DNA of 64,000 bases from Bilabrum cf. latius (taxonomy: Eukaryota), in contig OZ237761.1 of the NCBI GenBank assembly GCA_965178125.1, forward strand, positions 310,001-374,000, in the 5' to 3' direction. The notes beneath the pieces were generated by a model. That model made no database searches. It had not been told where the DNA came from and saw only the letters and a program-made list of their open reading frames with translations. Both the position numbers and the translations under genes were made by a program. The stretch's first letter is position 1; each line of letters opens with the position of its first letter. Below, piece after piece: positions 1 through 12,078 of the stretch.

Positions 1-1178
1 TGCGCGGCGTCGTCGATCGCCGCAGAACCAGAGTCGTCATCGACTGCAACGATCGCTACCACGCCCTCGTCGGCTTCTGCGCCAGCGGAACCAACCGGCG
101 CCGCGCTAGCCGATTCCACCATGGCCCAAACAGTTTCCAATCCTCCCACTTGATCAGCGGCATCGCCAGCAACAGCGCACGCAGCAGCAAGTGCCGCCGC
201 ACCAGCAACGGCTGACCCAGTGACGATCGACGGCGAATCTACGGGTTCGTCACCGCTACCATTCTTCAAACCACACGCTACTTCCAACTGGGATCGCACA
301 TCGTTGGACCAAACGGCACCAGCTGCAGCCAGCCACGGCAATAACCGGAACAGCGCCGCCACAGCCGAGACGCTGCCCCGCCGCAGCGCCGCCTTGAGTG
401 CCTCTCGCACGTGGGCGACAGCGACTGCCCTCACGTCCACGGCAAACGAGTCCGCTGCGGATCCGCCGGTGGTGGCACCTTCCGCTCGAACTTGATCTTC
501 ATGCTCGCTCAGCATACGCCCCCAGCCCGCGACTATTGCGGCGATCGCAGGGGAGGCCCAAGGCCTCTCGAGGGCCATGCGGAGCAGCCACCTGCAAGCC
601 GTGTGCGCTCTGCTCTTTGCGATCGCGCGGAATGCGACGGAACTGGAACTATCCGATTCTTCTGATGCGTCTTGCCCGTTTGATACGGCCTGGGCTTTGT
701 CAGCATCTGCATCCGAGGCGACCATCGGGACAGCAGCGCTGGCGCCTGGCGGCTTCCGATGCACAGCCGCCCAAATGTCATCCGACGCCTCCTTCGCGCT
801 GGTGCTTGAAGAAAGCGCGGACATTATTTTGCCTCGGACATGCCTAGCAAACCTAGATGCGTCCCTAGCTCCGCCGCGGCTTAGGTACTCCTGCACGGCT
901 GCCCGCTCTTCCGTCGTAAGGCTAGCACATGCTCCCAAAGCTAAGGCTGCCGAGGGCTCTCTGGCCTAAATGTCTTCCTCTGTTGCTGCAACAAACTGCG
1001 ACTATAGTCTTGATGCAACAGCAGACGCTCCTCCTCCGCTGCGGCCCCCACCGCTGAACCGCCGTCCCCTGCCTCGTCCACGCCCTCTGCCGCGGCCTCG
1101 CCCCCTCCCGCGGTACCCTCCCCCGCGGCGTGGCTTGAACGTACGTCTATGGTCTCCGTCGTGCTGGTGCGCCTGCAT
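1..1178 (-). CDS. 5' part of a protein with an RG/RGG-rich N-terminus and a helical domain (possibly MIF4G/CBP80-like); runs off the window start
   Basis: ATG at 1178 opens [30 protein letters not shown]... The frame stays open to position 1 except for TAG at 1002-1004 and 966-968. The segment ACRWLLRMALERPWASPAIAAIV...VREALKAALRRGSVSAVAALFRLLPWL resembles the CBP80 MIF4G helices (by eye only). Confidence 0.55.
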
Positions 1179-1299
1179 TTGAATTATAATTGCCTGGGCT
1201 TAGCCCTGACCTTTTTCATTGCTTGTATTGCTGGGTGTCGATGAAAGCACACGCTACCATCCACGAACTGCAATCGAATCATTTGCGCCTTCTAGTAGC

Positions 1300-4200
1300 A
1301 TGAGCGAATCTCCTAGTCCTGCGCGTTCGATTGATAGTGATGCATCACGTCCTGATTCAGCCACTGGCTCGGGCACTGCTGGGGCTGGTGCGGACGACGG
1401 GCGTATTCTAGTGTTTTGTAGAGTTCGTCCGACAAGAAGTCCGTCTGGGTGGATGAAGTTTGTGCCACAGCGTGGTAGGGTCAATTTTGATGTACCAGAT
1501 TCCTATCTTGAGAGCCATGGGGACGCAGCAATCGCAGCCGGCGGTTTGCAAGCCCGAGACAAGCACCACGAATTTGCTTTCAACGGGTTGATAGGGATGG
1601 GGGCAAAATAGAACGAAGTATTCGACGCAGTTGCCAAGCCAGCAGTAGATAGGTTAGTGCATGCGTAAATATCTCCGAAACTTTGGATGCAACACGTTTT
1701 TCTTCTCAATTCCAGTCTGTCACGGCCAGTCCATCTGAGTATCTGATCGGTCTGCCTGCCACGCAGCGCACTGTCTGGATATAATTCAACTATATTCGCC
1801 TATGGTCAGACCGGAAGCGGGAAAACGTTCACCATTACCGGAGGCCCGGACAGGTACGAAGACAGGGGCATTATCCCGCGCACGCTATCGTACATTTTCA
1901 AGCGGGCGCGCGCCATGGAAGGCGAGGACGAGGCTGCCCCTCCCACACCTGCCTCCGGGGACGGCGACCCGGACGGAGGTACCGAGGGGGAGGGTACAGA
2001 GGGCGGGGGCAAGCGGTTGCCACGGCTTACGGTGAAGCTGTCGTACTGCCAGGTATACAACGAGAAGGCGTACGACCTCCTGGACGATGACGCCAGCACG
2101 GAGCTCGGCGGCGGGATCGAGTCCCTGCCCAGGGTCTCTCTATTCGAGGATGATGAGGGCAGGGTGCACCTGAAAGGGCTGTCCATGAAGGCGTGAGAGA
2201 GCGGGTATACATGCGATGCGTGCAATATGCTATGCATGCGAGGCGGGTTTGGAATCGGCACGTCGCTGCAGTCCATGGCTGGAGTCAACACGGATGCTCT
2301 TCATTTGGCGTGCATTCTCTGATGCTCAGCTCTCATCACTAAGCTTCATGTGCTCGCAGGGTTCACGACGAGGAAGAGGCGCTCAATTTCCTATTCATGT
2401 GAGAGAGAAGTGGTCTCCCTTGTGGGGTCCCACAGTCACCCTCAACATGTGGCGGTACTCGCAACACACCTGCAAGCAATTACTGTGCCGCCCCCCTCTA
2501 TGTTTGCATCTCGCAGTGGTGACTAGCAGAAGGAAATCAGGGAGACCCCCATGAACCCGGTTTCATCACGCTCACATTGCGTGTTCACTCTGCTTGTGAG
2601 CCAGTTTAGATGCAGCGCCTGCCAACCCGATACCCATCCCTAGCACCTTTGTACATATGTGTGCTTTTTTACGGCCGCGTATTCGCCTTGCTTCACAATT
2701 TTATTCGTGCAGCTGGAGTCTCGACCGACCGGCAGTGCCCTTGTCCGCCGCTCGAAGCTGCACATAGTGGACCTGGCAGGGTCAGAGAGGGTCAGCAAGA
2801 CAGGTGAGGGGAGCGGGGCCCGATCGATCGTTGACCTTGTCTTGGCTTGGCTCGATGCTGCTGTCTGCATTTTGTTCCGGCTGCGTATACTGCACATATG
2901 TCCGCGCCACGTTTTCCATATACATGAGCAGGCGCCAGCGGGCGCACGCTGGTCGAGGCCACGCACATCAACAAGTCGCTGCACTTTCTGTCTGTCTGCA
3001 TCAGGGCGCTGCACGATCGGGCAAAGCTGTAGGAAAAGTTCGGCAGGCAAGGCTTGGACGGACACCGAGCCATGATGCGTGCTGCACAGCAGGTGCATGT
3101 ACCGTACCGAAACAGCGTGCTGACATCGCTGCTGCGTGACTCGCTGGGAGGCAACAGCCTTACAAGGGTCATCGCCACTGTCAGTGCGGAGGCATCCAAT
3201 ACCGGAGAAAGCGTCAGCACCTGCCGTTTTGCGCAGATGATCGCCAGGATCCGCAACGCACCGGCAGTCAACGTCGAGACGGACCCCGCAGTGCTGGTGC
3301 AGCAGCTGAGGCGTCAGCTCTCCAAAATGGAGGCGGAGAAACAGTTTCTCCGAGGCGAGCACGGGGACACCGGCCCCCTCTCAGACGAAGAGAAGGCAGG
3401 AGTGCTGCGAGGGGTGCTAACCTGGGTGGGGGATCCAGCCAGGGTACTGCCTGCTGCCGTGCTGCAGGGTACGGGGGCTGTTGGGGCCACGGGTGAGGGC
3501 GAGGGCAAGGAGGGGGAAGGGGAGGCCGGGGCCGATGCGGGCGAGGAAGAGGAGAGCGGCGCAGATGAACCCGGAGAGGACCCGGCCATGTTTCCGTTCA
3601 GCAAGTACCACGAGCCCGTGGTGTCCAAACTAGCTGCGGGAGAGATTGACCCTGATGCGGCGCAGCAGCAGAGGAGGGACCCCGTGCCGCCCATCGGTGG
3701 GCTGCAGCTCAGCCGTCTTCACTTTGCCTTCCACGTGCTTCGAGCACTCGTGCTGGCGTGGGCCAGACAGCCACGCTTGAGCGGTGGCGGCAGCGGCGAT
3801 GCGCACGGAACTGCCGCAGGGGCAGAGGGGGCATCTGGTGAGGAGCTCGAGGAGGCCCGCAAGATAGAAAGAAAGCTCAGGCGCAAGCTGAGGCATCGTG
3901 AGGAGGAGATCGAGGCGCTTTTGGCATCCTTGCGCAAGCTTAAGGGGCAGGCAGGTAGGCCCACCGGCGCTGGGAGCCTGGGACACTCCTCTGCTCAGGG
4001 CTAGCAGCAGCGAGGTGCCACTCAGCAACAGCCCGCGGAACCAACCGTCCCGCTGCCCCCTGGGCCGCCCGTCACTGCGTCGCAAGCCCCTGCTCTGGCA
4101 TCAGATCGCTCGCGGGCGTACGATTCCTACCAGAAGTGGTGGCCAAAGATGGGCAGGTTGCAGGCGTGCAGGGAGGATCTGCAGACCATGTATGAGCAGG

Positions 4201-4949
4201 CCAAGGCCGTGGGCAAGGACGTCAACGAGGCGAGGTCACACGTGAGGAGGCTGCAAGGAGAGCTGGAGGAAGCACAGAGGAACGAAGCAAGGAGAGTTGC
4301 GGCAGAGGTGGCTGATGAAGAATCGAGGCGCGCGGATGGAGGGGCAGGGTCTGGTGACGGTGAGGGCGTGGTGGGAACGAGCGGTCGCGGTGCCGCCAGC
4401 GAGTCAAAGTTTGACCCGACTCCCATCCACCAAGAGATGGCACTGCATAAGCAGACGTACCAGCAAGGGTTCGACCGTCTCCGTGACATGAAGAGAAGAA
4501 TACAGGCGTAGCAGAGGGAGATTGAGGCCCTGACAGCCTCCATCAAGGCGGCCTTCCAGGCGTGGCACGCGCGGCTCGTGCTGCACGTGGCAAAGCACGG
4601 CGGAGTCGCTACTGGGTTGTCTTCAGGCGGCCCGGCTGCCGGACAGTATGGATCGGGTGCTGGCACTGCTGGTTCTACGGTGGCTGGTTCCGTGCCGGGT
4701 TCTGTGCCAAGGTCCACATCAGCATCAACAGGGCCGGACCGCAGTTCTGTCTACAGCAGAGGAATGGGTATAGCTGCTGCATCTGGCACCGGTTCTTCGC
4801 ACAGCGGTACAAGGGTGCAGTCCACGGGAGATGCTGCCGCGGATGCTGATGTGCGGGCTTTCTATGCGGCATCGGAAGCGCTCAAGAAGCAGAGGCAGCA
4901 AGTGGGAGCTACGGGCCGAGGTGGCAGCAGCCGAGGGAGTGGAAGATAA
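1300..4949 (+). CDS. KIF6: Kinesin-9 family motor protein, KIF6-like
   Basis: Motifs [73 protein letters not shown] and [20 protein letters not shown], with a C-terminal [18 protein letters not shown] introns at 1653-1766, 2193-2359, 2399-2516, 2596-2712 and 2804-2931. In-frame TAG at 1609, 2524, 3030, 4002 and 4509. Ends at TAA 4947-4949. Confidence 0.92.
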
Positions 4950-5484
4950 CCAGGTGTTGGTTCTCGACTCATCTGCTGGCCTTCCTGCGAGATGCTCTAG
5001 CAGCCGTATGGCAGTGCATTGCAGAGTGTCCGAAGAGCATGCTCTCGTGGCCTGGAGTGTGATCCGAACCAACGGGACGGGGCGTGTGACCCTGGGTATC
5101 CAGATCAGATATCAGATCCGTTGGTATCACCGCCGCACCCAGGATTCAGACTGCATGAAGCGATGCAGAAACGCTTGAACATACCAGCAACAGCAAGTTT
5201 CATTTAAATACCTACTAGCAGCTGCCTTACGCGTTTCAAATGTCGCGACCTGCACGGAGAAGTCAGGTCAAGCCCACCACCGCCTGCTCCGGACACACCC
5301 CAAGCGGTCAAGACAGCTGCCTACATACATTTTTCTTCAAATTTAGTTAGCCTCAACCCTGTAAGAACTTTGCCAAGCCGTTTCAAAGCATGCTTAGCTA
5401 TCTTCCGCATGCAGTCAAGCAAGACTTTGACACTCCAGATACCCCCTTGCGGCTGGTTGCGGGCAGATGCGCCCAATGTGCTGC

Positions 5485-8400
5485 TTATGGCTGAAGGATG
5501 ACGCTCGTTGGAGGTGATTCGTCTGGGCAAATCGCAGCAGTACCGCTCTGTGAAATCGCTGTGACTTGTAGACCCTCTACATGCTTCGGAGCAGCGCAGG
5601 ATGGAGACAAAGTGGACGGCTTGCCCACATTGCCGGAGTCCCCGCTAGCGGTATCCAGATGCCGGCCGAAAGCTCCAAGTCCGCTGCCCGTACGAGTCTT
5701 GCTGAGTACGACGACAACCACACCTCCGACCAGAATCACAGCAGCGCCCACACTGATCACGGCGAGCAACGAGACTGTGCCCAAGTCATCGTTGGAATCG
5801 TCAGCGTTTGTTTCATGCCCTGATTCAACCGGAGCTGACCTGTTGCCCCGTGCTCCGCCTGTCAAAGAAGCGGTGCTGGTGAATGGGTGTACTCCGGTGC
5901 TAGAAAATGGCGTTCCGGCCGAACAGCTTCCATTGGACGCCCAGTGGTATCCTTGAGGACAATCCAAGGAGAACGTTACCAGGCAGACGAGTGGTTGTGC
6001 CGAGCCTTGGATGCGTGTGCCGCCGCTATCAACGCCAACGAGCTGTACATGCGTGCTGTACTCGCCCGGAAATAGATCGTTCCTGTAGACATGTATGACA
6101 ATGCCTTCACCATCGACATATCGTGCTGTGACGTCAGCGACGCTGAGCAATGTGCTCGGCTGCAAAACAACGCTTCGAACCACCACTTCAGCGCCAACAC
6201 CAGCCACAGACGAATCGGCAGCAGCAATGGCACCCGTGATTCCAGTTGATACGCGAGTGATGTAGCCAGGAATTGGGAGCGATGCGTCTGGATCACTCGC
6301 CTGAAAGACAAAGACTCCGTCCGAGGCTGAAGATTCTGCAATGCTTTGGGATGGGTGCTAAAACACTGGGACGCGCGATGCAGCCGATGCGGTGACAGCC
6401 ACGCTGAACCGCACGAAGCCCTGGTATTGATCCGCGCTGCCGTCCTCAATAGCGAAGAGGCCAATACTGTACTGCTGATCCGCTCGGATGGAAGCGGCTG
6501 CCTGGATCCAAACATCCCCGGTGCTCGCATCCACAGCAAAGAAGGATGCATCTGGATAGGCAGGGTCAAGGGAAAACGTGACTGGAGCACCCAGGTGCTG
6601 CTAGCCAGAGACGCGCGCGCGGGCAACAATCGCACCATCATGCGGGTTGTCAATACGTACGACTTGATCCGCGGTAGGCTCATCGAACTGCAGCACGCCT
6701 CGAGTATTGGCTGGACCGCTGCACGTGGCGGTCGATCCGCCGAATCTGTGCGTCCAGTCCACCGCAGCATACCCCTCACGCCCGTTGCCATGAACGTCAG
6801 AGGATCCTATTGGCCCATCTAAACCCATGCCGTAGCCCAGCGCCCCTCTCATGCTATTCCCATGCAGCGTATAGCCGGGACCATCGCAGCCGAAGCACCG
6901 AACGATCTGTGACTCGGGTCCTCCCCGGAGCTACTGCGCGATGGCACACACTGCGCATCCGTTTCCGTGAATGGAGACTACCTGGTACTCTCCGTAGCTT
7001 TCCACGACCTGCACATTCTCTTGAGAATCTTGGTCAACGATACAGGCAGGTATCTCTGGCTGGCTCAGCAGCGGAAACACCAAAAATATGCCCTGGTCCT
7101 CAGCGGCACTGAACTGGTCGCCGGCCGCTCCGTGACGGACGCACTGTACCTAGTGAATGCCATAGCCCGCAGTGGTGCCCGACACGCACACGCCGCCCTC
7201 AATGACCGCCATTGAGAAAACATGCCCCTTGAAATTGGCGATTACCACTGACCTAAGTGCATCATCCCGGACACTGCCCAACTCCTGCTCGACTATTGGC
7301 ATTACGGCAGGGGCTATGGACGCATTGAACGCATGCCACGCATACGGCATCCGTCCAAAGCAGACGGCATCGTGGCGAGTCACAGAGTCAGACGGGGACT
7401 ATCGCCTTTCGTACAGCACGCATATTTTGTCTGTGCTTCCGTCCACCATGACCGGTGTGCCTGTCTCCCTCCATCTGTCCACCGACAGAGCCCGAAACGG
7501 ATAGGCGATCGCCACGCTCGTGTCAAGCAGAAGCCTTCCAAAGCAATGAATTTCGTGCCCGTGAATACCGTCCAAAATCACGCACGCAGTGTGACGAGCA
7601 AGAGCGACAGTGTGACGAGCCGGGAAGGCATCGTGGGCCCAAAAGAGCGGTGCTGACAGAGGCACGCGACGCTCTGCCATGGGCAGGACAACCCCGCCGT
7701 GGCTGTACTCCTTTCCTGTTCGCTCGATGAATGCGTCGGCCTTGAAGAGCGTCATCTTACCCCAGCACTCCAGGTTTGAGAGCCCGAATACCACGTCTTC
7801 GAGCACCGCGCAGAAATGGTTGGCGCCCGCATAGAGGTGCGCAACAGGTCGGTGCAAAGGGACGCTGAAGCCGGAAGCACTCGTCTAAGACCAGCTAATG
7901 TCTCGCGACAGCGGTGAATCTATAGGGGAACGAATGTGGGTACGGTTGAGACTGGGACGCTCGTACGGTGTGTAGTCCCAGTTGCCCCAGCACCTCACGT
8001 TGCCGTGCTCTGTGCGCAAGCACTGCGTCTGCTGGTCGAAGTCATCGCTAGCGAGGCCGATAACCTGAACCACTTTGCCCTCCTCCGGGGTTGGAACGAA
8101 TGGTATCGGCTCTAAGGCAGCTGCGAGGCCGATGCGGCCGTCGGAATCTCGAAGAGAGGCAGCGACTGCAGCTGGGTAGCCTGACGAGTACCCGCACGTC
8201 GCCTCTTCGCAGTGCCCCCAGCACCAAAACTCACCCGACGTGGAGGTCGCGCAGGAGGCCCCACTGGTACCTACGCTGACATCCTGAATGCTACACGGCC
8301 CTCGTACGTCCGTAAACCTCACTGTCAGGTTCACAACGGCTGCGTTCCCTGCCTCGTCCTACCCTCCGACAGCAAGCTTGTGTTCGTGCGCCTCGTGATA

Positions 8401-8753
8401 CCCCTGGGATAATTCGATGCGACCGGAACTGGAATCTATCGTAAAAATTCGATCCACTCTGCGACGGATACGCTAAGTTTAGTATCTTTGGCTAGCGCGT
8501 GAGCGGTACGGGCCTACCGTTCCCCGACGGTCCAAGGCCCAATCTGACTCTCGTCTCACCCGAAAGCTGAGCCAGACAGAATAGCAAACTATGGATGCAG
8601 CGAATGAATTAAATCGATTGTGCCCAAGCTTATCCGCCCCTACGTTGCGATCACCGAGGTTTCAGTGCTTGCAGTTGCGGTCGGGGTAGCATCCGCAGCT
8701 GAATATGCCGACCCAAGCACTGTCAAGGCCGAAAGCCACAAGATCAAAAGCAT
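5485..8753 (-). CDS. Type I membrane protein with cadherin-like domains and RCC1/BLIP-II-like repeats
   Basis: Signal peptide MLLILWLSALTVLGSAYSAA and an intron at 8459-8559. Cadherin-like motifs: FTIDSSSGRIEL, FFAVDASTGDVWI, PVF.HPSQSIAESSASDGVFVFQASDPD. RCC1-like motifs: VSVGTSGASCATSTSGEFWCWG, LYAGANHFCAVLE..LECWG. TM helix LLAVISVGAAVILVGGVVVVVL. ORF-track pieces 7885-8334, 7399-7857, 7150-7383, 6601-6852 and 5485-6207 are one frame separated only by TAG. Ends at TAA. Confidence 0.75.
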
Positions 8754-10212
8754 TTCTGCAGTGCGTTTGAGGTTGAGCAATGCAAAAAATACATTAGTCG
8801 TTGGTAGAAGTTTAAAAGGCGCGCGTTGCTCCACGATACGCCATTGCGCTCCATTGCAGGATGGCCCCGGCATCGCCTGTAGCAACTAGTCACCGAGTGA
8901 GACCAACAAAAAGTTGTATTTTGGAGCATAACGTACCGGTGGTATTAAAGAGATGCTGCTCACTCTTGAACAATTGTGGATGTTGATGTGAAAAGTGACG
9001 CTGCCGGTAGCGACCAGCGAAGAGCACTGCGGTCGCAACCATTATACGGCAACCGTCCCGCGAGCCACCGCTAGCCACCACTGCGCCACAAGCAATCAAG
9101 AAACATCGCAATGATACCTTCTACATTTACCGCCACAGAGCATACGCCCAAGCACTCGCCTGTCTCGCCCGTCAGCGCCACGAGAGTGCCCTACTGTGAC
9201 CCGGACACTGCGCCTCGCTGCTACGCTCCACAAATGATGGCAGCGTGCAGGAAGCAGCTTGCAAAACACCTCACGCGCAGCGTACAGCTCGGTCCGCCAC
9301 ACATCTGCATAGCACCACCGGCAACACAGCTGGCCCAGTAGTGCTGACGGGTGGTGATGGATCATGATATGTCGCAGCAGCGCGTGCCACATAGCACATG
9401 GACAACTCGCTGGCTACTATGCCCTGTGAGCATGAATAAAGTGTTCTTTCCATTGTGATCGCTACGCACGGGTGCACTGTCCTGAATGGCAGGGACAGCG
9501 ACCAGCCCGTGCAGGGGCTAGTCCAGTCCCCGCAGACCGCCCAGAGGTGATCGCGGAACCAGGTGACCCATGCTCCAACCAAGAGCGATGCTACGCTACG
9601 AATACAAGCCATTGGTCAGGCATAGGCTGAAAGCGCCCTTCCTGGCACTTCAAGAGCTGCTACTCGACCTGTCACGAACCGGCACCCGACGAAGGCAACC
9701 CTGCGTCTGCATCCGGAGGCACTTCAGTGACATGCACAGCAGATTCAGCAGGTACTGCGCTCAACTTCCCGGAGATAGACTTGTTGCTGTCCATTGCCTA
9801 ACCGAGATCCACTGCTGTCCGCCCAAGCTACGCAGCGGCCCTCGTTGCAGCAAACATGCTTTCGGAACTCTCATTCAGCAGTTTCTACTGTCGAATAAGC
9901 GATTCTTTTCCACCTCTTAGTATCAAGGCGTCAGTCGCATCCACAGCTTCCCGCAGTGTTAGCAGTGCGCCAGCTGCGAGCGAGTCCAGCCGCAAGCTAT
10001 ACAAACTAACTCAATGAGGCATCCATTCGCGCTCGGAGCAAGGTAATATTGAACATATACGTATACATTCATGTTTACTCACACAGGACGCGGTCGCATG
10101 GCTTTTCGGACGCCATTTTTTGGATCGGACGCCAGCCAAATGTTTTACAGTGCACTGCAAAATCCATAGATTCCGGGAATTAGAATCTCAATGCTCCTCA
10201 CCCCTGGTCAAG

Positions 10213-11892
10213 ATGATTAAGGCTGCTGGTATTGCCAGTGCATTGCTGTACAATCTTACGTCTAACCTTCCGACCCCTTCATTTGAATAGCAGCTGATTC
10301 TGTATTCGATGCAAGGCCTCTTAAACCGCGATCAAGCATCTCTATTCTATGACGTTGGCAGAGCTGATTTCGACTGGCCTGGAGCTGAGGCGGAATGGGT
10401 GCATTTGCTTGAATCGGATGGTCGCGTTGCGTGGCAGTTGGTCGATGGTGGGCTGTGCGAACTAGTCGAAGCGACTGGAAAGAGGCGATCTTCGCAGTGG
10501 CAAGCTGTGAGGTACGCAGCCAACGACGGTATCGGCCCCTATTTAGCCATGACAGTAGCCGGTTTGGAAGGTTTGCTACCGATTTCCGAAGAGTTCGCTC
10601 GCTCGACGCCCTGCTTGTCGGCAGAACGCGTTCCCGTGGCATACGATTTGCGCGACAAGTATCCTGCAGGCGACAAGTATGCCGGCTTGCGCTGGGGCAT
10701 GGAAACTCTCCTCCCTCGATGCTCCAAAAGCGTGCTATTCAACGCGAACAACTTCACGAACGCTGCCCCGTTCGCCCGAAACGTGACAATCCTCTCAGCC
10801 GACTTCCCCATCGCCAACCGAGCCTTCATCACCAACCTCAACCCACTCGACACTGACAACCAGACGTGCACCGACTGCGATACCGGATACTACCGGCGGA
10901 TCGTTCGATCGAGAGACCCGTTGGTCCGCGTGTTTGGCTGGTCCGACCCCGAGAGCAGCTATACGAACATAACCAGTTAGGAGGGGGGTGACATCTACTG
11001 CACGTTTGCCAGCCCCAACCTGAGTTTCTGGGCCAAGCTCAAGAGGGCAAGCTCTGGGCCGCTGGTATTGCCCCACAACGACCCGGGCACGCAGCTGAGC
11101 GGCTCTAAAACCTACGTCATGTTCTAGACCAATGAGGGTGACACGCCACGCATACTGACGTCATTCATGGCCCGCGGCTGGATCTCGGAACGCAGGGGAA
11201 ACGCTCCCGTGGCCTGGGGAATCGATCCCGCGCTTGCAGACGATTTTCCGGCGCTGTTTGAGCACTACGTATCCACTGCCAGCGGCAACGACACGTTCGT
11301 GGCTGGCGTTGCCGGTGTCGGATACGTATTCCTTGATGCGATGCTTCCCTCTGCCAGGGTGCTGTACGAGAAAAAGGCCGGTGCGGCGCTTGCGTCGCAC
11401 GGCCCCGACGTCATCGACACGTACGGCCACGGGTCGCCAGCGGTGCTGCAGGAGTATCTGGAGAATGCGAGGGCCGGCGGAAGAGGACCAGTCGCTTTCG
11501 TGTCGCAGCCCGGGCCCGCCTCCCAGTTCGGGCGGGCGTCCGGCGTGACGTATTTAAAGGTGGGCGCCGGACAAGCGCCGGTTCCCGTTGTGCAGACATC
11601 GAGGGACCCACGTCTGTTCTATTACCTGAGCGAGCTGAACCAGACCGACCCAGCGGGTGACCTGTCTTCGAGGATACGGGCGGTCGCCGATGCGCAGGCA
11701 CCCACACCGTCCGGTGCCCGATTCATCACGGTGTACGGCGGATTGTCGGCGATTGGTTCTGATGACGACCATTCGATTCCGTTCTTTCCGCTTGTGGAGA
11801 ACGTGACGGCGCGGCTGAACGCTTCGTTTGAGGTGGTCGGAGCGCAGGCGTACGCCAGGCTGGCATCGGAGGCCGGGCGAGGCAGCCTGTGA
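10213..11892 (+). CDS. GxGYxYP-family putative glycoside hydrolase / polysaccharide deacetylase-like protein
   Basis: Motifs MQGLLNR, VRVFGW, SPNLSFW, YVMF[TAG]TNEGDT, RGNAPVAWGIDP and FVAGVAGVGYVF. Intronless, with TAG at 10288, 10978 and 11125. Ends at TGA. Start codon uncertain. Confidence 0.7.
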
Positions 11893-12078
11893 ATTTGCTG
11901 GCTGGATGCATGCGTGTCTGCGCCATTGAATGAGGGTGGAATGGCGCTGCTCGCCTGTACGCATCGTCACGCCTCGGCCAGTCAGTTGAGTTGGTAGTGC
12001 ACCTTACATTTTGAAAATAAACGGATTTCGTAGAACCCGTCTTTCCAATTCCATCCCCGTGTTTTGGATTTGTCTGTC

